In this document: piece after piece, positions 17,905 through 28,596 of the stretch
Layout: each line of letters opens with the position of its first letter
Position numbering within the stretch: the stretch's first letter is position 1
Source: Candidatus Jorgensenbacteria bacterium
GTDB lineage: Bacteria > Patescibacteriota > Minisyncoccia > UBA6257 > GWB1-50-10
Length of the DNA: 64,000 nt
Direction of reading: 5' to 3'
NCBI GenBank assembly: GCA_043807585.1
Contig: JAZDFV010000002.1
Coordinates: forward strand, 25,581-89,580
Position numbers and translations under genes: made by a program
Notes under the pieces: model-generated
Told to the model about the DNA's origin: nothing
Databases searched by the model: none
What the model saw: only the letters and a program-made list of their open reading frames with translations

Positions 17905-18813
17905 ATGACTACGACAAAGGAACGGCTGGAGCTCGAAACGCACGGGACAAAACGGCTGATAAGCGAGGGCGCCGAAAAATGGCTTGGGGTGCCGATTAAA
18001 TGTCTGGATCAGGGTTTTGTCTATCTCGTCGATTATATGGGAAATGATTATGCGATCGTGCGAGCGGCACGTGTGTCATATGGGCAGGGCACGAAAAACG
18101 TGCAGGATGACCGGGGATTGATCCGGTATCTGATGCGCCACAATCACACCACGCCGTTTGAAATGGCCGAGCTGGGGTTCCACGTGCGCGTGCCGATGGA
18201 CTGCTGGCGGCAGTGGATCAGACATCGTACTGCGAACGTGAACGAATATTCAACCCGTTATTCGATTGCGGTCGATGCAACGCAAAAGACGCCGCCAGAC
18301 GGATGGCGCAGGCAGTCAAAGGGCAACAAGCAGGGGAGTGAAGGCCTTCTGGAAATAGAACTGGGAAAGGACATTTCGGAAGAAGAGGAGGCGTTTCATG
18401 AGCACGCCCGCAGTGTTTACAAAGGACGTATCGTTGCTGGAGTCGCCCGCGAGCAGGCACGGAAAGACCTCCCGCTTTCCACATACACGGAAGCATATTG
18501 GAAAATGGATCTCCATAACCTGCTCCATTTCTTGGGGCTTCGTCTCGACGTACACGCACAGGAGGAAATCAGGATATACGCGACGGCAATGGCGTGTATC
18601 GTAAAAGATGCTTTCCCTCTCACCTTCGAGGCCTTCGAGGATTACCGGCTTCATGCGCTCACGCTTTCACGGCTTGAAACGGAATTCGTGAAAGGTCACG
18701 CGTGGCCTCAGGGGGAAATTACCGTCCGTCCGCTCCTCGAGAGTGCATTCAAGAACAAGCGGGAAATCGAGGAATGTCTCGAGAAGCTCAAGTTGTTCGG
18801 GTTCGTGGTGTAG
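17905..18813 (+). CDS. thyX: FAD-dependent thymidylate synthase ThyX
   Basis: The ThyX motif RHRTANVNEYSTRYS is present. Confidence 0.9.
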   Translation: MTTTKERLELETHGTKRLISEGAEKWLGVPIKCLDQGFVYLVDYMGNDYAIVRAARVSYGQGTKNVQDDRGLIRYLMRHNHTTPFEMAELGFHVRVPMDCWRQWIRHRTANVNEYSTRYSIAVDATQKTPPDGWRRQSKGNKQGSEGLLEIELGKDISEEEEAFHEHARSVYKGRIVAGVAREQARKDLPLSTYTEAYWKMDLHNLLHFLGLRLDVHAQEEIRIYATAMACIVKDAFPLTFEAFEDYRLHALTLSRLETEFVKGHAWPQGEITVRPLLESAFKNKREIEECLEKLKLFGFVV

Positions 18814-18916
18814 TGTTAATGGAGGTTTGCCCAAAAGCCGTTCCGGATTCATCGGGGCGGCTTTTTAGTTTGTTTTCTGCTACGATATAGGAAAGGTCAA
18901 AGCACGCAAAAATACT

Positions 18917-19471
18917 ATGAAAAAAGTTTGGTGGATCATTCTGGCGGTAGTGGTCGTGGTGCTCCTCTACGGGTGGAGCGCATACAACGGGTTTGTCGGG
19001 AAGAACGAGGCGGTCGACAATCAGTGGGCGCAGGTGGAGAGCCAGTACCAGCGCCGGCTGGACCTCATCCCGAACCTCGTGGAATCGGTGAAGGGGATGA
19101 TGAAGCAGGAGCAGGCCATTTTTGATACCTTAGCCGAGGCGCGGACGAAGTATGCGGGGGCGGCGACAGTGGACGCAAAAGCCGCCGCGGCGGGGGCTGT
19201 GGAAACCGCACTCGGGCGTTTGCTCGCGGTCGTGGAGAACTACCCGACGCTCAAATCGTCCGAGAACGTGCAGACGCTCATGGCGCAGCTTGAGGGCACC
19301 GAGAACCGGGTTTCGGTGGAACGCCAGCGCTTCAACGATACTGTGCGTGTGCTGAACGTAGCGGTGAAAACGTTTCCCTCGAACGTGATTGCCGGCATTT
19401 TCGGGTTCGGCGAGCGCACCTACTTTGAGGCGGCGGCAGGCGCCGAGAATGCTCCCGCGGTTCAGTTTTAA
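18917..19471 (+). CDS. lemA: LemA family protein
   Basis: It has an N-terminal TM segment and a LemA-like sequence. Confidence 0.85.
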   Translation: MKKVWWIILAVVVVVLLYGWSAYNGFVGKNEAVDNQWAQVESQYQRRLDLIPNLVESVKGMMKQEQAIFDTLAEARTKYAGAATVDAKAAAAGAVETALGRLLAVVENYPTLKSSENVQTLMAQLEGTENRVSVERQRFNDTVRVLNVAVKTFPSNVIAGIFGFGERTYFEAAAGAENAPAVQF

Positions 19472-19476
19472 TGTTT

Positions 19477-19508
19477 TGAGGTTCGACCTCCCCAAGGAGG
19501 TCGAACCT
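19477..19508 (+). terminator. hairpin gaggttcgacctcc/ggaggtcgaacctc after lemA
   Basis: It is a 14-bp perfect inverted repeat of the CCTCC/GGAGG hairpin family. Confidence 0.6.
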
Positions 19509-19557
19509 CCCAAAATTGGGATAGAAGAGAATCCCTTATGCTGTGTTTATCTTCTCT

Positions 19558-19581
19558 AATTCGCGCGAATAAGCGAATAGT
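19558..19581. promoter_or_regulatory. TAATTCGCGCGAATAAGCGAATAG motif upstream of the TPM-domain gene
   Basis: The ATTCGCGCGAAT palindrome is shared with 5142 and 32978. The copy at 32978 shares a longer motif: taattcgcgcgaata..gaatagtt. Confidence 0.5.
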
Positions 19582-19591
19582 TGTCGGCGCG

Positions 19592-20470
19592 ATGGCGGTT
19601 GCAATATTGGTGCCGCTCACCGCTTTTACGTACACAAGTCCAGGAAAGCCCGCGGGGTTTGTGAACGATTTTGCTGGAATGCTCGCCCCGAACGAAGTCG
19701 AAGTGCTTGAGGCGAAACTCACGGCGTTCGAGAAAAGCACCGGCAATGAAATTTCCATTGTCACTACACCGTCGCTTGGAGGCGATACGATAGAGAATTT
19801 TGCGGTGCAACTGTTTCAAGAGTGGGGCATTGGCAAGAAAGACAAAGACAACGGCGCGCTCGTTTTAGTTTCGCGCGATGACCATAAAATACGCATTGAG
19901 GTGGGGTATGGTTTGGAACCGGTGTTGACCGACGCGCAGAGTTACTGGCTCATCCAGGACATCATCACGCCGGCGTTCCGCGACGGAAATTACTATGCGG
20001 GATTGGATGGCGCGGCTGACAAGATCATCGCGGCGGTGGGAGGCCTGCCTGCGCAGGCAGGAGAAGTCATTCCCTCGGCGGAAGTGTCCGCGGGAGACCA
20101 AGGTGGTCGGATAAACATTGATTGGTTCTGGCTCGTCTTTTTCCTGCCCCTCTGGCTCGGGAGCGTTTTGGCGCGCTCCAAATCATGGTGGGCGGGCGGG
20201 GTTATCGGGGGCATTGCCGGTGTCGTGATCGGGCTCTTTCAGGGGTTTCTCTACACGGGCGTGATTGCGGTGGGGCTGCTCATTCCGATTGGTTTGTTTT
20301 TTGACTACGTCGTTTCCAAAAATTACGGAAAGTTCAAATCGAAGGGCAAAATGCCTCCGTGGTGGATCGGCGGTGCTGGCTTCGGCGGCGGCGGCTCTTC
20401 GTCTAGCTCGGGATTCGGCGGCTTCGGCGGCGGCAGTTCGGGTGGGGGCGGTTCCAGCGGGAGTTGGTGA
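19592..20470 (+). CDS. TPM-domain (YgcG/TLP18.3-like) protein with C-terminal TM and Gly/Ser-rich tail
   Basis: It has a TPM domain sequence and is paired with lemA. The start is placed at the signal-peptide-like Met, and an alternative start lies at 19538. Confidence 0.8.
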   Translation: MAVAILVPLTAFTYTSPGKPAGFVNDFAGMLAPNEVEVLEAKLTAFEKSTGNEISIVTTPSLGGDTIENFAVQLFQEWGIGKKDKDNGALVLVSRDDHKIRIEVGYGLEPVLTDAQSYWLIQDIITPAFRDGNYYAGLDGAADKIIAAVGGLPAQAGEVIPSAEVSAGDQGGRINIDWFWLVFFLPLWLGSVLARSKSWWAGGVIGGIAGVVIGLFQGFLYTGVIAVGLLIPIGLFFDYVVSKNYGKFKSKGKMPPWWIGGAGFGGGGSSSSSGFGGFGGGSSGGGGSSGSW

Positions 20471-20508
20471 TTTCTAGTTTTAGGATTCAGCGTTGTAGTG
20501 GTATATCG

Positions 20509-20546
20509 TTATCACATTAAATCGCGACCGCGATTTAATGTGATAA
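20509..20546. repeat. 38-bp near-perfect palindrome ttatcacattaaatcgcgaccgcgatttaatgtgataa
   Basis: It is palindromic and has a near-identical copy at 21153-21190, on the other side of the PaaX-like gene. Confidence 0.8.
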
Positions 20547-20570
20547 ATGCCGAGCGACTAGATCTTATTT

Positions 20571-21152
20571 TTAGAGGTGGAAATGGTGTTTTAACTTCTC
20601 CGCACCTTCGAAATTGCCGACCTCTAAAATGAGAACATTATTCCGATCAATCTCAAAAACACTGCAGATAAAATCTATTTCATTCTCACACTCATAAGGG
20701 GTAATAAACACGCTCTTTTGGAGCGGATAAAATCCCAAATCTTTTACTTTAGCTCGTAATGCATTTCTCGCATTCTTTTGGTAGTCGGGTATATCGAATG
20801 TGACAAGTCGCCATTTCCCGTCCCATGACCGCTCTTCCAATTTCATTTGGTCGAGATCGTAGGTGAGTATCTTATTCTTTCCCAGTTTGGTGAGCGTGAT
20901 TTTTATCTTTCCGTCCGGCAATTGAACATAGTCAATGAGTTCCCTGTCCTGGAGCCTTTTGAGGTCCTGAAGAAACCTTTCTTTCCGTATTTTCTTGTTC
21001 TTGAGATATTGTTTTATCAGTTTCCTTACTATAAGTGCGCCGCTTGTCGGTGAAATGGTGCCGATGAGGAGAACGCCGCCGGCCGCGAGAACGGTTTTTA
21101 GAACGTGATAGGGTTTGGAATTTTTCCTCATCTTTGCGACCATAGCTTTCAT
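20571..21152 (-). CDS. membrane-anchored PaaX-like protein (C-terminal Cas2-fold PaaX_C-like region), AT-rich
   Basis: The C-terminal region WDGKWRLVTFDIPDYQK..R..LR..VKDLGFYPLQKSVFITP resembles a PaaX C-domain. One N-terminal TM segment is predicted. Confidence 0.5.
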   Translation of the reverse strand: MKAMVAKMRKNSKPYHVLKTVLAAGGVLLIGTISPTSGALIVRKLIKQYLKNKKIRKERFLQDLKRLQDRELIDYVQLPDGKIKITLTKLGKNKILTYDLDQMKLEERSWDGKWRLVTFDIPDYQKNARNALRAKVKDLGFYPLQKSVFITPYECENEIDFICSVFEIDRNNVLILEVGNFEGAEKLKHHFHL

Positions 21153-21190
21153 TATATCACATTAACTCTCGGTCGCGATTTAATGTGATA
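21153..21190. repeat. second copy of the 38-bp palindrome (tatatcacattaactctcggtcgcgatttaatgtgata)
   Basis: See 20509-20546. Confidence 0.8.
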
Positions 21191-21257
21191 CAACAGGATT
21201 TGAAGAGGGGTTGAGGAACCGGTGAGGTTTGCGCTACAATGACGTTTGTGCGAACAA

Positions 21258-21342
21258 GGAGGGGTGCGCGAGTGGTTTAAACGGCAGTCCTGGAAAGACT
21301 GTGTACCGCAAGGTACCGCGAGTTCGAATCTCGCCCCCTCCG
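21258..21342 (+). tRNA. tRNA-Ser (anticodon GGA)
   Basis: Manual fold: acceptor GGAGGGG/CCCCTCC, anticodon stem CAGTC/GACTG with loop CTGGAAA, a long variable arm and a T-arm around GTTCGAATC. Confidence 0.8.
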
Positions 21343-21465
21343 CTTTGTGCGGGAGAAAGCGAAAAAAGTTGTAGGAGAATCCCTCCCCCTCCGCTACAAC
21401 AATGCAGTGCCTCTTTGCGTGGCGCCGCGCTGGCGCTATGATAGAGAGGATTTTCTGAATCACGC

Positions 21466-21813
21466 ATGCCCCATAAATTTCTCCATTGGGCGCCGCGCAT
21501 CCTCTCCATCCTTTTTGTCGCGTTCCTTTCTCTCTTTGCGCTGGATACCTTTGACACATATTCGGGGTGGGCTGCCGTTCTGCCTCTCCTTATGCACCTT
21601 ATTCCATCCTTCGTTTTGCTTGTGGTAATCATCATTGCCTGGAAATACGATTTGGTTGGCGCCATTCTTTTTCTCGTTTTCGCCGCGCTTTATGTGGGTA
21701 TGGCAGGATTGGACCGTCCCTGGAGTTGGTACTTGTTAATATCGGGTCCGGCTGCCCTCGTCGGCATTTTCTTCCTTTTGAACTGGTTTTATAAAAGAAA
21801 GAACCAACCGTGA
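21466..21813 (+). CDS. small hydrophobic membrane protein (115 aa)
   Basis: It contains multiple predicted TM helices. Confidence 0.5.
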   Translation: MPHKFLHWAPRILSILFVAFLSLFALDTFDTYSGWAAVLPLLMHLIPSFVLLVVIIIAWKYDLVGAILFLVFAALYVGMAGLDRPWSWYLLISGPAALVGIFFLLNWFYKRKNQP

Positions 21814-22307
21814 ATTTGCCGCCAAAGAAAAATAGTATAATCCTTAAAGGTCGATGTACTTCATTAACCTCATTATAAAAATATGGTAAAAGGAAACTTT
21901 CTTGGTGCCGCGATTGTTGCAATAATCTACACGATCTATATTTTAATGAACCCCCTTCCAACAAAATGGCAGATGGTGCTAGCGTTGGTGGTTCTTAATG
22001 CTTTGACTATCGTGTTGATGGCTTTTGCATTCAAAGAGTAAAAAAGAGTAATAAGAATTTACCGCCAAAGAAAAACTTGACCCATTCGATAAACTCAGGG
22101 TCAATGCTGAGCAAAGTTGAAGCATTGAAATCAATAAGTAATTTATAGCAATATGCGAAATATGCGGAAAAATTGGCCCTTGGGATTTTTAGGGTTCCTA
22201 TTTTTGCTCGGTATCCCGGGAATATTAACTCAAGATTGGCTTGATGTGGTCTGGCTCGTATGGGTTGTTTGGTTTATTTATTTTATTCCGGAGAAAAAAT
22301 AATTAGC

Positions 22308-22766
22308 ATGGACAACAAAACAATCATTCTCGCGGTTGTTGCGGTTGTGGTTATCGTCGGTGTATATTTTCTCTTTGGGAACAATAATAAAAATATGACA
22401 CAAGATAACTCACTTCAGGCAAGCGAATTCACATTACTGGACGGATTGAAGATAAACGACCTCGTGGTAGGTGCCGGCGCCGAGGCGAAAGTTGGGCAAA
22501 CGGTTACCGTGAACTACGTGGGTACCCTCGTGGACGGCACAAAGTTTGACAGCTCCTACGACCGCGGCCAGCCGTTCTCGTTCTCCTTGGGCGCGGGGCA
22601 GGTCATTAAGGGATGGGATGAGGGTGTGGCTGGGATGAAGGTGGGCGGCAAGCGGCAACTCACCATTCCGCCGGAACTTGGATACGGGAGCGCGGGTGCC
22701 GGAGGTGGCCTAATCCCCCAGAACGCCACTTTAATTTTTGAGGTGGAGCTTTTGGGGGTTCAGTAA
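22308..22766 (+). CDS. FKBP-type peptidyl-prolyl cis-trans isomerase with N-terminal membrane anchor
   Basis: An FKBP domain is present ([51 protein letters not shown]). Confidence 0.85.
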   Translation: MDNKTIILAVVAVVVIVGVYFLFGNNNKNMTQDNSLQASEFTLLDGLKINDLVVGAGAEAKVGQTVTVNYVGTLVDGTKFDSSYDRGQPFSFSLGAGQVIKGWDEGVAGMKVGGKRQLTIPPELGYGSAGAGGGLIPQNATLIFEVELLGVQ

Positions 22767-22768
22767 GT

Positions 22769-23032
22769 TTGGTAAAACACGGCAATCCTATGGAACATAA
22801 AGATTTTGATTACACAAATAGCCGGGGAGAAAAAGAGCACATTTCTTTTCCGCCTGAGGATATTGATGAGCAAGTGCAAGAACAGCGAAAGAAGGAATTT
22901 GAACTTGCAGAAAAATTATTACAGGGCCCAGAACCTGACACGACAGAAGAAGGCAAGGAAAAGAAAGGTGAGGAGTTGGTAGAAAAACCCCCAGAAAAGG
23001 AAGTGCCCTTTCCGTGGCAAAAAGCGGCGTAA
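22769..23032 (+). CDS. hypothetical acidic small protein
   Basis: It is an 87-aa ORF rich in E/K residues. Confidence 0.35.
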   Translation: MVKHGNPMEHKDFDYTNSRGEKEHISFPPEDIDEQVQEQRKKEFELAEKLLQGPEPDTTEEGKEKKGEELVEKPPEKEVPFPWQKAA

Positions 23033-23059
23033 TGGGTGTGGAAATAAAATATCCAACCT

Positions 23060-23707
23060 ATGAAATTGCACAGAAGTGAGATAGTGGCGTTTGTGATGAT
23101 ACTCCTCTCGTTCGTGGTCGGGTGGTATTTCTATCCGATGTTGCCGGAGCGGGTGGCTTCGCACTGGAACGCGCAAGGAGATGTGAATGGCACTATGCCG
23201 CGGTTCTGGGGCGCGTTCCTCATGCCGCTCATTGTGCTCATAATTCTCGCGATTTTTATGGTCGTTCCGCGGATAGACCCTAAGCGCGAGAACATAGAGA
23301 AATTCAGGAAGTATCTTGACGCGTTCATTATCGTCATTTCTCTCTTCTTCATCTATGTATACGGACTCACGCTTGCATTGAATCTTGGGTACCACTTTTC
23401 CCTCATCCCGCATCTCCTGCCGGCGCTCGCCGTTCTCCTCTATTCCGCGGGTCTCCTCATTTCTAAATCTGAACAGAACTGGACCATCGGCATCCGGACG
23501 CCGTGGGCGCTCTCGAGCGAGACGGTGTGGCGGAAGACGCACAAATTGGGAGGGATGTTGTTCAAGATCGCGGCGGTCGTCGTACTCGTAGGCACGGCGT
23601 TTCCCGGTGCGGAGCTGTGGTTCATACTTTTCCCAATTCTCATGGCCGCGCTCGTGCCTACGGTGTATTCATACTTCTGGTATCGCGACGAAAAGCGGCA
23701 GAACTGA
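23060..23707 (+). CDS. SdpI/YhfL-family membrane protein
   Basis: The sequence resembles the SdpI/YhfL family (HWNAQGDVNG..). Confidence 0.65.
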   Translation: MKLHRSEIVAFVMILLSFVVGWYFYPMLPERVASHWNAQGDVNGTMPRFWGAFLMPLIVLIILAIFMVVPRIDPKRENIEKFRKYLDAFIIVISLFFIYVYGLTLALNLGYHFSLIPHLLPALAVLLYSAGLLISKSEQNWTIGIRTPWALSSETVWRKTHKLGGMLFKIAAVVVLVGTAFPGAELWFILFPILMAALVPTVYSYFWYRDEKRQN

Positions 23708-23713
23708 TTTTCT

Positions 23714-24349
23714 ATGACTCTTACCAAGTTTGGCCATTGTTGCATGCTTATAGAAGAGCAGGGACTTCGGATTTTAACTGACCCTGGGAATTATACGACC
23801 GCGCAGAATGAGGTGAAGAATATTGATGTGGTGCTTATCACCCACGAGCATGCGGATCACCTTCACATCGAGTCGCTGAAAGAGGTGCTTGCGAATAATC
23901 CACAGGCGAAGGTAATTACAAACCGTGGCGTGGGTGCCATTCTCGATAAGGAGGGAATACCCTACACCGTGGTTGATGATGGAAAACGAACCACCGAGAA
24001 GGGCGTGCTTATTGAAGGTTTAGGGAAAGACCACGCGGAAATCTACAAGACGTGGAAGACGGTGGAGAATACTTCCTACTTCATTGGGCCACGATTATTT
24101 TACCCCGGCGATGCGTTCTATAATCCCCACCGCGCCGTGGAAATTCTCGCCCTGCCGGTCGCGGGTCCGTGGTGTAAGATCTCGGAATGCGTGGACTACG
24201 GGCTACTCGTAAAACCGAAGAAATGTTTTCCGGTCCACGACGGCAACCTTAATGTGTACGGCACCTACCATCGGATCCCGGCGACGGTACTCGCCGAGAA
24301 CGGCATCGAGTTTTTCGTGCCCGAGCTTGGGAAAGCACTCGAGTTATGA
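23714..24349 (+). CDS. MBL-fold metallo-hydrolase
   Basis: The HxHxDH motif is present (THEHADHL). Confidence 0.85.
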   Translation: MTLTKFGHCCMLIEEQGLRILTDPGNYTTAQNEVKNIDVVLITHEHADHLHIESLKEVLANNPQAKVITNRGVGAILDKEGIPYTVVDDGKRTTEKGVLIEGLGKDHAEIYKTWKTVENTSYFIGPRLFYPGDAFYNPHRAVEILALPVAGPWCKISECVDYGLLVKPKKCFPVHDGNLNVYGTYHRIPATVLAENGIEFFVPELGKALEL

Positions 24350-24930
24350 AGAAACGCGTTTTCGTCGTCCACGGGTGGGACGGACACCCTGGGGAAGGGT
24401 GGTTCCCATGGCTGAAGCGCGAGCTCGAGGCGCGCGGATTCGAGGTCCATGTGCCGCAATTGCCCGACGCTTCGCTTCCGCGCATTGAAAAATGGGTTCC
24501 CGTGCTCGCACAAGCGGTGGGTGTAGCCGATGAGCAGACATATTTTGTGGGGCACAGTATGGGAGTTCAAACCATCGCGCGATACCTCGAATCTCTCCCC
24601 GTGGAGGTGAGGGTAGGCGGTGCTGTGTTCGTGGCAGGATTTTTTAAACATCTTTCAGGGTTGGAAGACGACCCCGATGTTCGAGAAACCGATCGTTTGT
24701 GGCTTGGTGCTCCTATTGACCTTGCGAAAGTGAGTTCTCATTTTCCCGCAAGCGTCGCGATTTTTTCTGATGACGACCCCTACGTGCCGCTCGATAATCA
24801 GGATGATTTCCGCGACAAGCTCGGCTCAAAGATCGTGGTGCTTCACGCCCGCAGCCACTTCAGCGGCTCTACAGGGGCCACCGAGCTTCCCGAGGCCCGC
24901 GACGCGGTTCTTGAGATGGCGGGGGAGTGA
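24346..24930 (+). CDS. alpha/beta hydrolase (RBBP9/YdeN-like serine hydrolase)
   Basis: It has the GHSMG nucleophile elbow and a family-like N-terminus (VFVVHGW). Confidence 0.75.
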   Translation: MKKRVFVVHGWDGHPGEGWFPWLKRELEARGFEVHVPQLPDASLPRIEKWVPVLAQAVGVADEQTYFVGHSMGVQTIARYLESLPVEVRVGGAVFVAGFFKHLSGLEDDPDVRETDRLWLGAPIDLAKVSSHFPASVAIFSDDDPYVPLDNQDDFRDKLGSKIVVLHARSHFSGSTGATELPEARDAVLEMAGE

Positions 24931-25009
24931 TTTTGACTTCCCGGGCCTTTCGGGGGTATGGTGAGGGCAGATTCACTTTTACTTTTTCTAGGAAAGGAGG
25001 ATAGGAACT

Positions 25010-25378
25010 ATGGAGCGGAATGATAGTGATTGCCGGTGGTTTATCCAACCGCGCACGTCGGACGTGAATGCGAACGTTGCCGAATTTTTGAGCCGCCACG
25101 GCGTTACCCTCGAGGAGGGCTTCGGCACTGCGGAGGGGGCGTGCGACAAGCGAGCCATCCCGCGGAGTGCGTATGAATTCCCGGGAGTGCTTTTGAGCAT
25201 CATCCTCGATCACGTGTGGGGTGACTCCAACTTCAAGGTGCGCATCTTCCGCCAGCGGCCGAACGAGCCGCTCGAGGAGTGTGCGTTCCTTCTGAAGCGC
25301 ACGAGGCAAAAGGTTAACCTGGTGAGCTTGGGAGGCAAAGCGTTTGCGGAGCGAGCGGCGGCGATGCAGCGGGAGTGA
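25010..25378 (+). CDS. hypothetical protein (122 aa)
   Basis: A strong SD (aaggaggat) precedes the start. Confidence 0.5.
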   Translation: MERNDSDCRWFIQPRTSDVNANVAEFLSRHGVTLEEGFGTAEGACDKRAIPRSAYEFPGVLLSIILDHVWGDSNFKVRIFRQRPNEPLEECAFLLKRTRQKVNLVSLGGKAFAERAAAMQRE

Positions 25379-25440
25379 ACGATAAGACAAGAACGAGGGG
25401 CACCAAAACGGTGCCCCTTGTGCTTTTTTGTTCGGGAGGG

Positions 25441-25518
25441 GTACACCCCGTTAGAGACAAGCCGCCCCTTGGCGGCTGTAGCCCCGCCTTTGGCATGGCG
25501 GTCTCTAACGGGGTACAC
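25441..25518. repeat. CCGTTAG-TIR element copy B
   Basis: gtacaccccgttagagac ... gtctctaacggggtacac is a perfect 18-bp TIR. Confidence 0.8.
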
Positions 25519-25529
25519 TGGGAAGTGCC

Positions 25530-27281
25530 ATGGCCACTTCCACCGACGTTGACCGCATCAAGGAAAAACTGAATATCGTTGATTTCATCCGCGGTTACCT
25601 CACCCTCCTGCCGGCGGGGAAGAATTTCAAGGCGCTCTGTCCGTTCCACCCCGAGAAGACCCCCTCGTTCATCGTCTCGCCGGACCGGCAGCGGTTCCAC
25701 TGCTTCGGGTGCGCCGCGGACGGGGACCTCGTCACGTTCCTCATGCGTTACGAGAATCTGGAGTTCCCGGAGGCGCTCCGCGTCCTCGCCGAGAAGGCCG
25801 GCGTTCCGCTCCAGACGCTCTCGCCGCGGGAGCAGCGCGAGTTCGGGGTGCTCTACGACATCCACGAGAAGGCGAAGGAATTTTTTCAACAGACGCTCCG
25901 CGAGCACGGGGCGGCGCAGGCGTATCTCAAAAACCGTGGCTTGAAGGGAGAAACCGCGGCGGCGTTCGAGCTGGGATTCGCGCCTGGCGGTGAATCGCTC
26001 ACCGTGCACCTCATCAACCAGGGGTTTGACGTGGGCGATATCGTGCGCGCGGGGCTCTCGCACAAGAACACCGCGGGGCTCTACCGCGACCGGTTCATTA
26101 ATCGCATCATCTTTCCCATCATGAATAGTGTGGGGAAGACAGTGGCGTTCACGGGGCGGTTATTGCCGTTGTCCTCCGAAGCTTTAGCGAAGGATGGAGA
26201 GGGTGCTGCGGGGGAGGGTACGGACGCGCCAAAGTATTTAAATAGTCCCGAGACGCCAATTTTCAACAAATCAAAGATCCTCTATGGGTTCCACCTGACC
26301 AAGAACGACATCGCGAAGGCGCGGAATGCCCTCTTCGTAGAGGGGCAGATGGATCTCTTGATGGCGTGGCAGGCCGGTGTGAAGAACGTGGTCGCGGTCT
26401 CGGGCACGGCGCTTACCCCGTTCCATTTGGAGAAGCTCCGGCGGCTCGCCGAAACGATGATCTTGAGCTTTGACAGCGACGAGGCGGGCATACATGCGCT
26501 TGAGCGGAGTTTGGACCTTTTGAACAACTTTGATTTTCACGTGAAGGTGGTGGATTTGGGCGGGTTCAAGGACCCGGCCGAGGCGGCGGAGAAGGATCCG
26601 GGGTTCCTCGCGGGCGCGGTGGCCTCCGCCACGTCGGCATTCTCGCACCTCTTTGCACATTACTTTCCGCGCGACAATGCGGGAGCCCGCGAGCTCACGG
26701 AGACGAAGCGCATCGTCCGGAATATTTTGCAGAGGATAAGGCGCTTGAAGAGCGCCACCGAGCAAACCGCATGGATCAAGGACCTCGCAAAATACTCCGG
26801 AATCTCGGAGGTGATGCTTCTCCAGGAACTCTCGTCGCTCCCCGCGCCATCTGCCGGGAGCACGGGCGCACCCGAGGAAGCTGTCGGCGAAAAACCGAAA
26901 CTCACGGACCGCGCTGACGTTCTCGCGGAGCGCCTCCTCGGGCTCGCCTTTACAAACGGCGATTTTTTGGCTACACTGCGGGAAAAGGGGTCGTGGTTAC
27001 CGGCACGCTACCAGACGGTGCTCGGCGAACCCGATGGAGAAGCGGGAGCCGCGTTGCAGATGCAGGCGAGTTATCTCTCGGCCCAGCTTTCCCCCGACCG
27101 TATTGCAAAGGAGTTCAGCGATCTGATCCGCCAGCTCGAGATCTCGGTGCTCGAGCGGGAACAGCGGGAACTCAAAGGAACCATTCAGAAGGCGGAGGGA
27201 GCCGGTGACGAAAAAACGCTTACCCGCGCCGCAGAACGTTTTCATTCACTTGCGAAGAGGATCGACGAATTGAAGCTGTAG
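25530..27281 (+). CDS. dnaG: DNA primase
   Basis: A zinc ribbon ([11 protein letters not shown]...HCFGC) and TOPRIM (EGQMDLL) are present. Confidence 0.9.
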   Translation: MATSTDVDRIKEKLNIVDFIRGYLTLLPAGKNFKALCPFHPEKTPSFIVSPDRQRFHCFGCAADGDLVTFLMRYENLEFPEALRVLAEKAGVPLQTLSPREQREFGVLYDIHEKAKEFFQQTLREHGAAQAYLKNRGLKGETAAAFELGFAPGGESLTVHLINQGFDVGDIVRAGLSHKNTAGLYRDRFINRIIFPIMNSVGKTVAFTGRLLPLSSEALAKDGEGAAGEGTDAPKYLNSPETPIFNKSKILYGFHLTKNDIAKARNALFVEGQMDLLMAWQAGVKNVVAVSGTALTPFHLEKLRRLAETMILSFDSDEAGIHALERSLDLLNNFDFHVKVVDLGGFKDPAEAAEKDPGFLAGAVASATSAFSHLFAHYFPRDNAGARELTETKRIVRNILQRIRRLKSATEQTAWIKDLAKYSGISEVMLLQELSSLPAPSAGSTGAPEEAVGEKPKLTDRADVLAERLLGLAFTNGDFLATLREKGSWLPARYQTVLGEPDGEAGAALQMQASYLSAQLSPDRIAKEFSDLIRQLEISVLEREQRELKGTIQKAEGAGDEKTLTRAAERFHSLAKRIDELKL

Positions 27282-27327
27282 TGCCCGCATCCTTCCCGGG
27301 TTGCGCCGTGTCCCAACTCCAACCTAC

Positions 27328-28596
27328 ATGAAAAAGAAATCACAAAAGAAGGGCCGCTTGCCTCCTGCCAGCGCAGGCGGGGAGCAGGCAGGCCTCCGCG
27401 GAAAAGCGAAGCGGCGGTTTCGCATTTCCAAGCGGCGCCCCGCGAAGGGGAAGGCGAAGGGAAAAACGAAGGCCGCGCGGAAAGCCGCGCCGAAACAGAA
27501 AGCCATTCCGCCGGAGCTCCTTGAGGAGTACCGGAAGTCCCTCGCGGAACTCGTACACCGGGGGCGCGGGCGCGGTTTTGTGACGGATGCGGAGGTTCTG
27601 AACTACTTCCCCAATATTGAGCGCAATCTCGGGTTCCTGGAGGAGGTCTATGCGCGTTTGGAGAAGGATGGGATCAAAGTGCAGGAGCCGAGCCCGCTCG
27701 GCGGCAAATCAACCCGGGACGAGGTGACGGCGGAGGAGCTCCGAAACGCCACGCGCGTTGAGGGCGACCTCCCCGACGCCGTGCAGATGTACCTGAAGGA
27801 GATCGGGAGGACCGCGCTCCTCACCTCCAAGGAGGAAAAAGAGCTCGCGCGGCGCATTGAGGAGGGAGACGAATCGGCGCGCCAGAAACTTATCCAGGCG
27901 AATCTCCGGCTTGTGGTCTCCATAGCCAAGCGCTACGTGAACCGCTCGCCGCACCTCTCAATTTTAGACCTCATCCAGGAGGGGAACATCGGCCTTTCGC
28001 GCGCCGTCGACAAATTTGACTACCACAAGGGATTCAAGTTCTCCACCTACGCCACGTGGTGGATCCGCCAGGCGGTGACGCGGGCGTTGGCCGACTACTC
28101 CCGCACCATCCGCATCCCGGTCCACATGGTGGAGACCATCACGAAATACATGCAGACGAAGCGGCGCCTCATGCAGGAGCTTGGCCGCGAGCCGCTCCCC
28201 GATGAGATTGCCGTGGAGCTTGGCGTGGACGTGGAGAAGGTCCACTACATCCAGAAGATATCGCAGGAGGTGATCTCACTCGAAACTCCCATCGGCGGCG
28301 ACGACGAGGACTCGGTGCTCTCCGATTTCATCAAGGATGAGCAGAGCTTGAGCCCGGACCAGCTCGCGAGCGCGGCGCTCCTCCGCGACCAGATCAAGGA
28401 GATTCTCATAGACCTGAACGAGCGCGAGCGGAAGATCCTCTCCATGCGGTTCGGCCTGGAGGACAACATCCCACACACCCTGGAAGAGGTGGGGAAGATC
28501 TTCGGGGTCACCCGAGAGCGCATCCGGCAGATAGAGGCGAAGGCGTTGGATAAAATCCGCGGCCACGCGAAAGTGAAAAAGTTGGAGGGGTACTAA
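27328..28596 (+). CDS. rpoD: RNA polymerase sigma factor RpoD (K/R-rich N-terminus)
   Basis: Regions 2-4 carry motifs YATWWIRQA and LTLEEVG. The start could alternatively be at 27301. Confidence 0.9.
   Translation: MKKKSQKKGRLPPASAGGEQAGLRGKAKRRFRISKRRPAKGKAKGKTKAARKAAPKQKAIPPELLEEYRKSLAELVHRGRGRGFVTDAEVLNYFPNIERNLGFLEEVYARLEKDGIKVQEPSPLGGKSTRDEVTAEELRNATRVEGDLPDAVQMYLKEIGRTALLTSKEEKELARRIEEGDESARQKLIQANLRLVVSIAKRYVNRSPHLSILDLIQEGNIGLSRAVDKFDYHKGFKFSTYATWWIRQAVTRALADYSRTIRIPVHMVETITKYMQTKRRLMQELGREPLPDEIAVELGVDVEKVHYIQKISQEVISLETPIGGDDEDSVLSDFIKDEQSLSPDQLASAALLRDQIKEILIDLNERERKILSMRFGLEDNIPHTLEEVGKIFGVTRERIRQIEAKALDKIRGHAKVKKLEGY

Noticed and set aside
21884-22300. Two small hydrophobic peptide ORFs (about 52 aa at 21884-22041 and about 49 aa at 22153-22302) upstream of the FKBP gene
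   Set aside because: They may be real membrane peptides, but they fall below the ORF-track cutoff and have no detectable SD or homology, so the support is not enough to list them as features.
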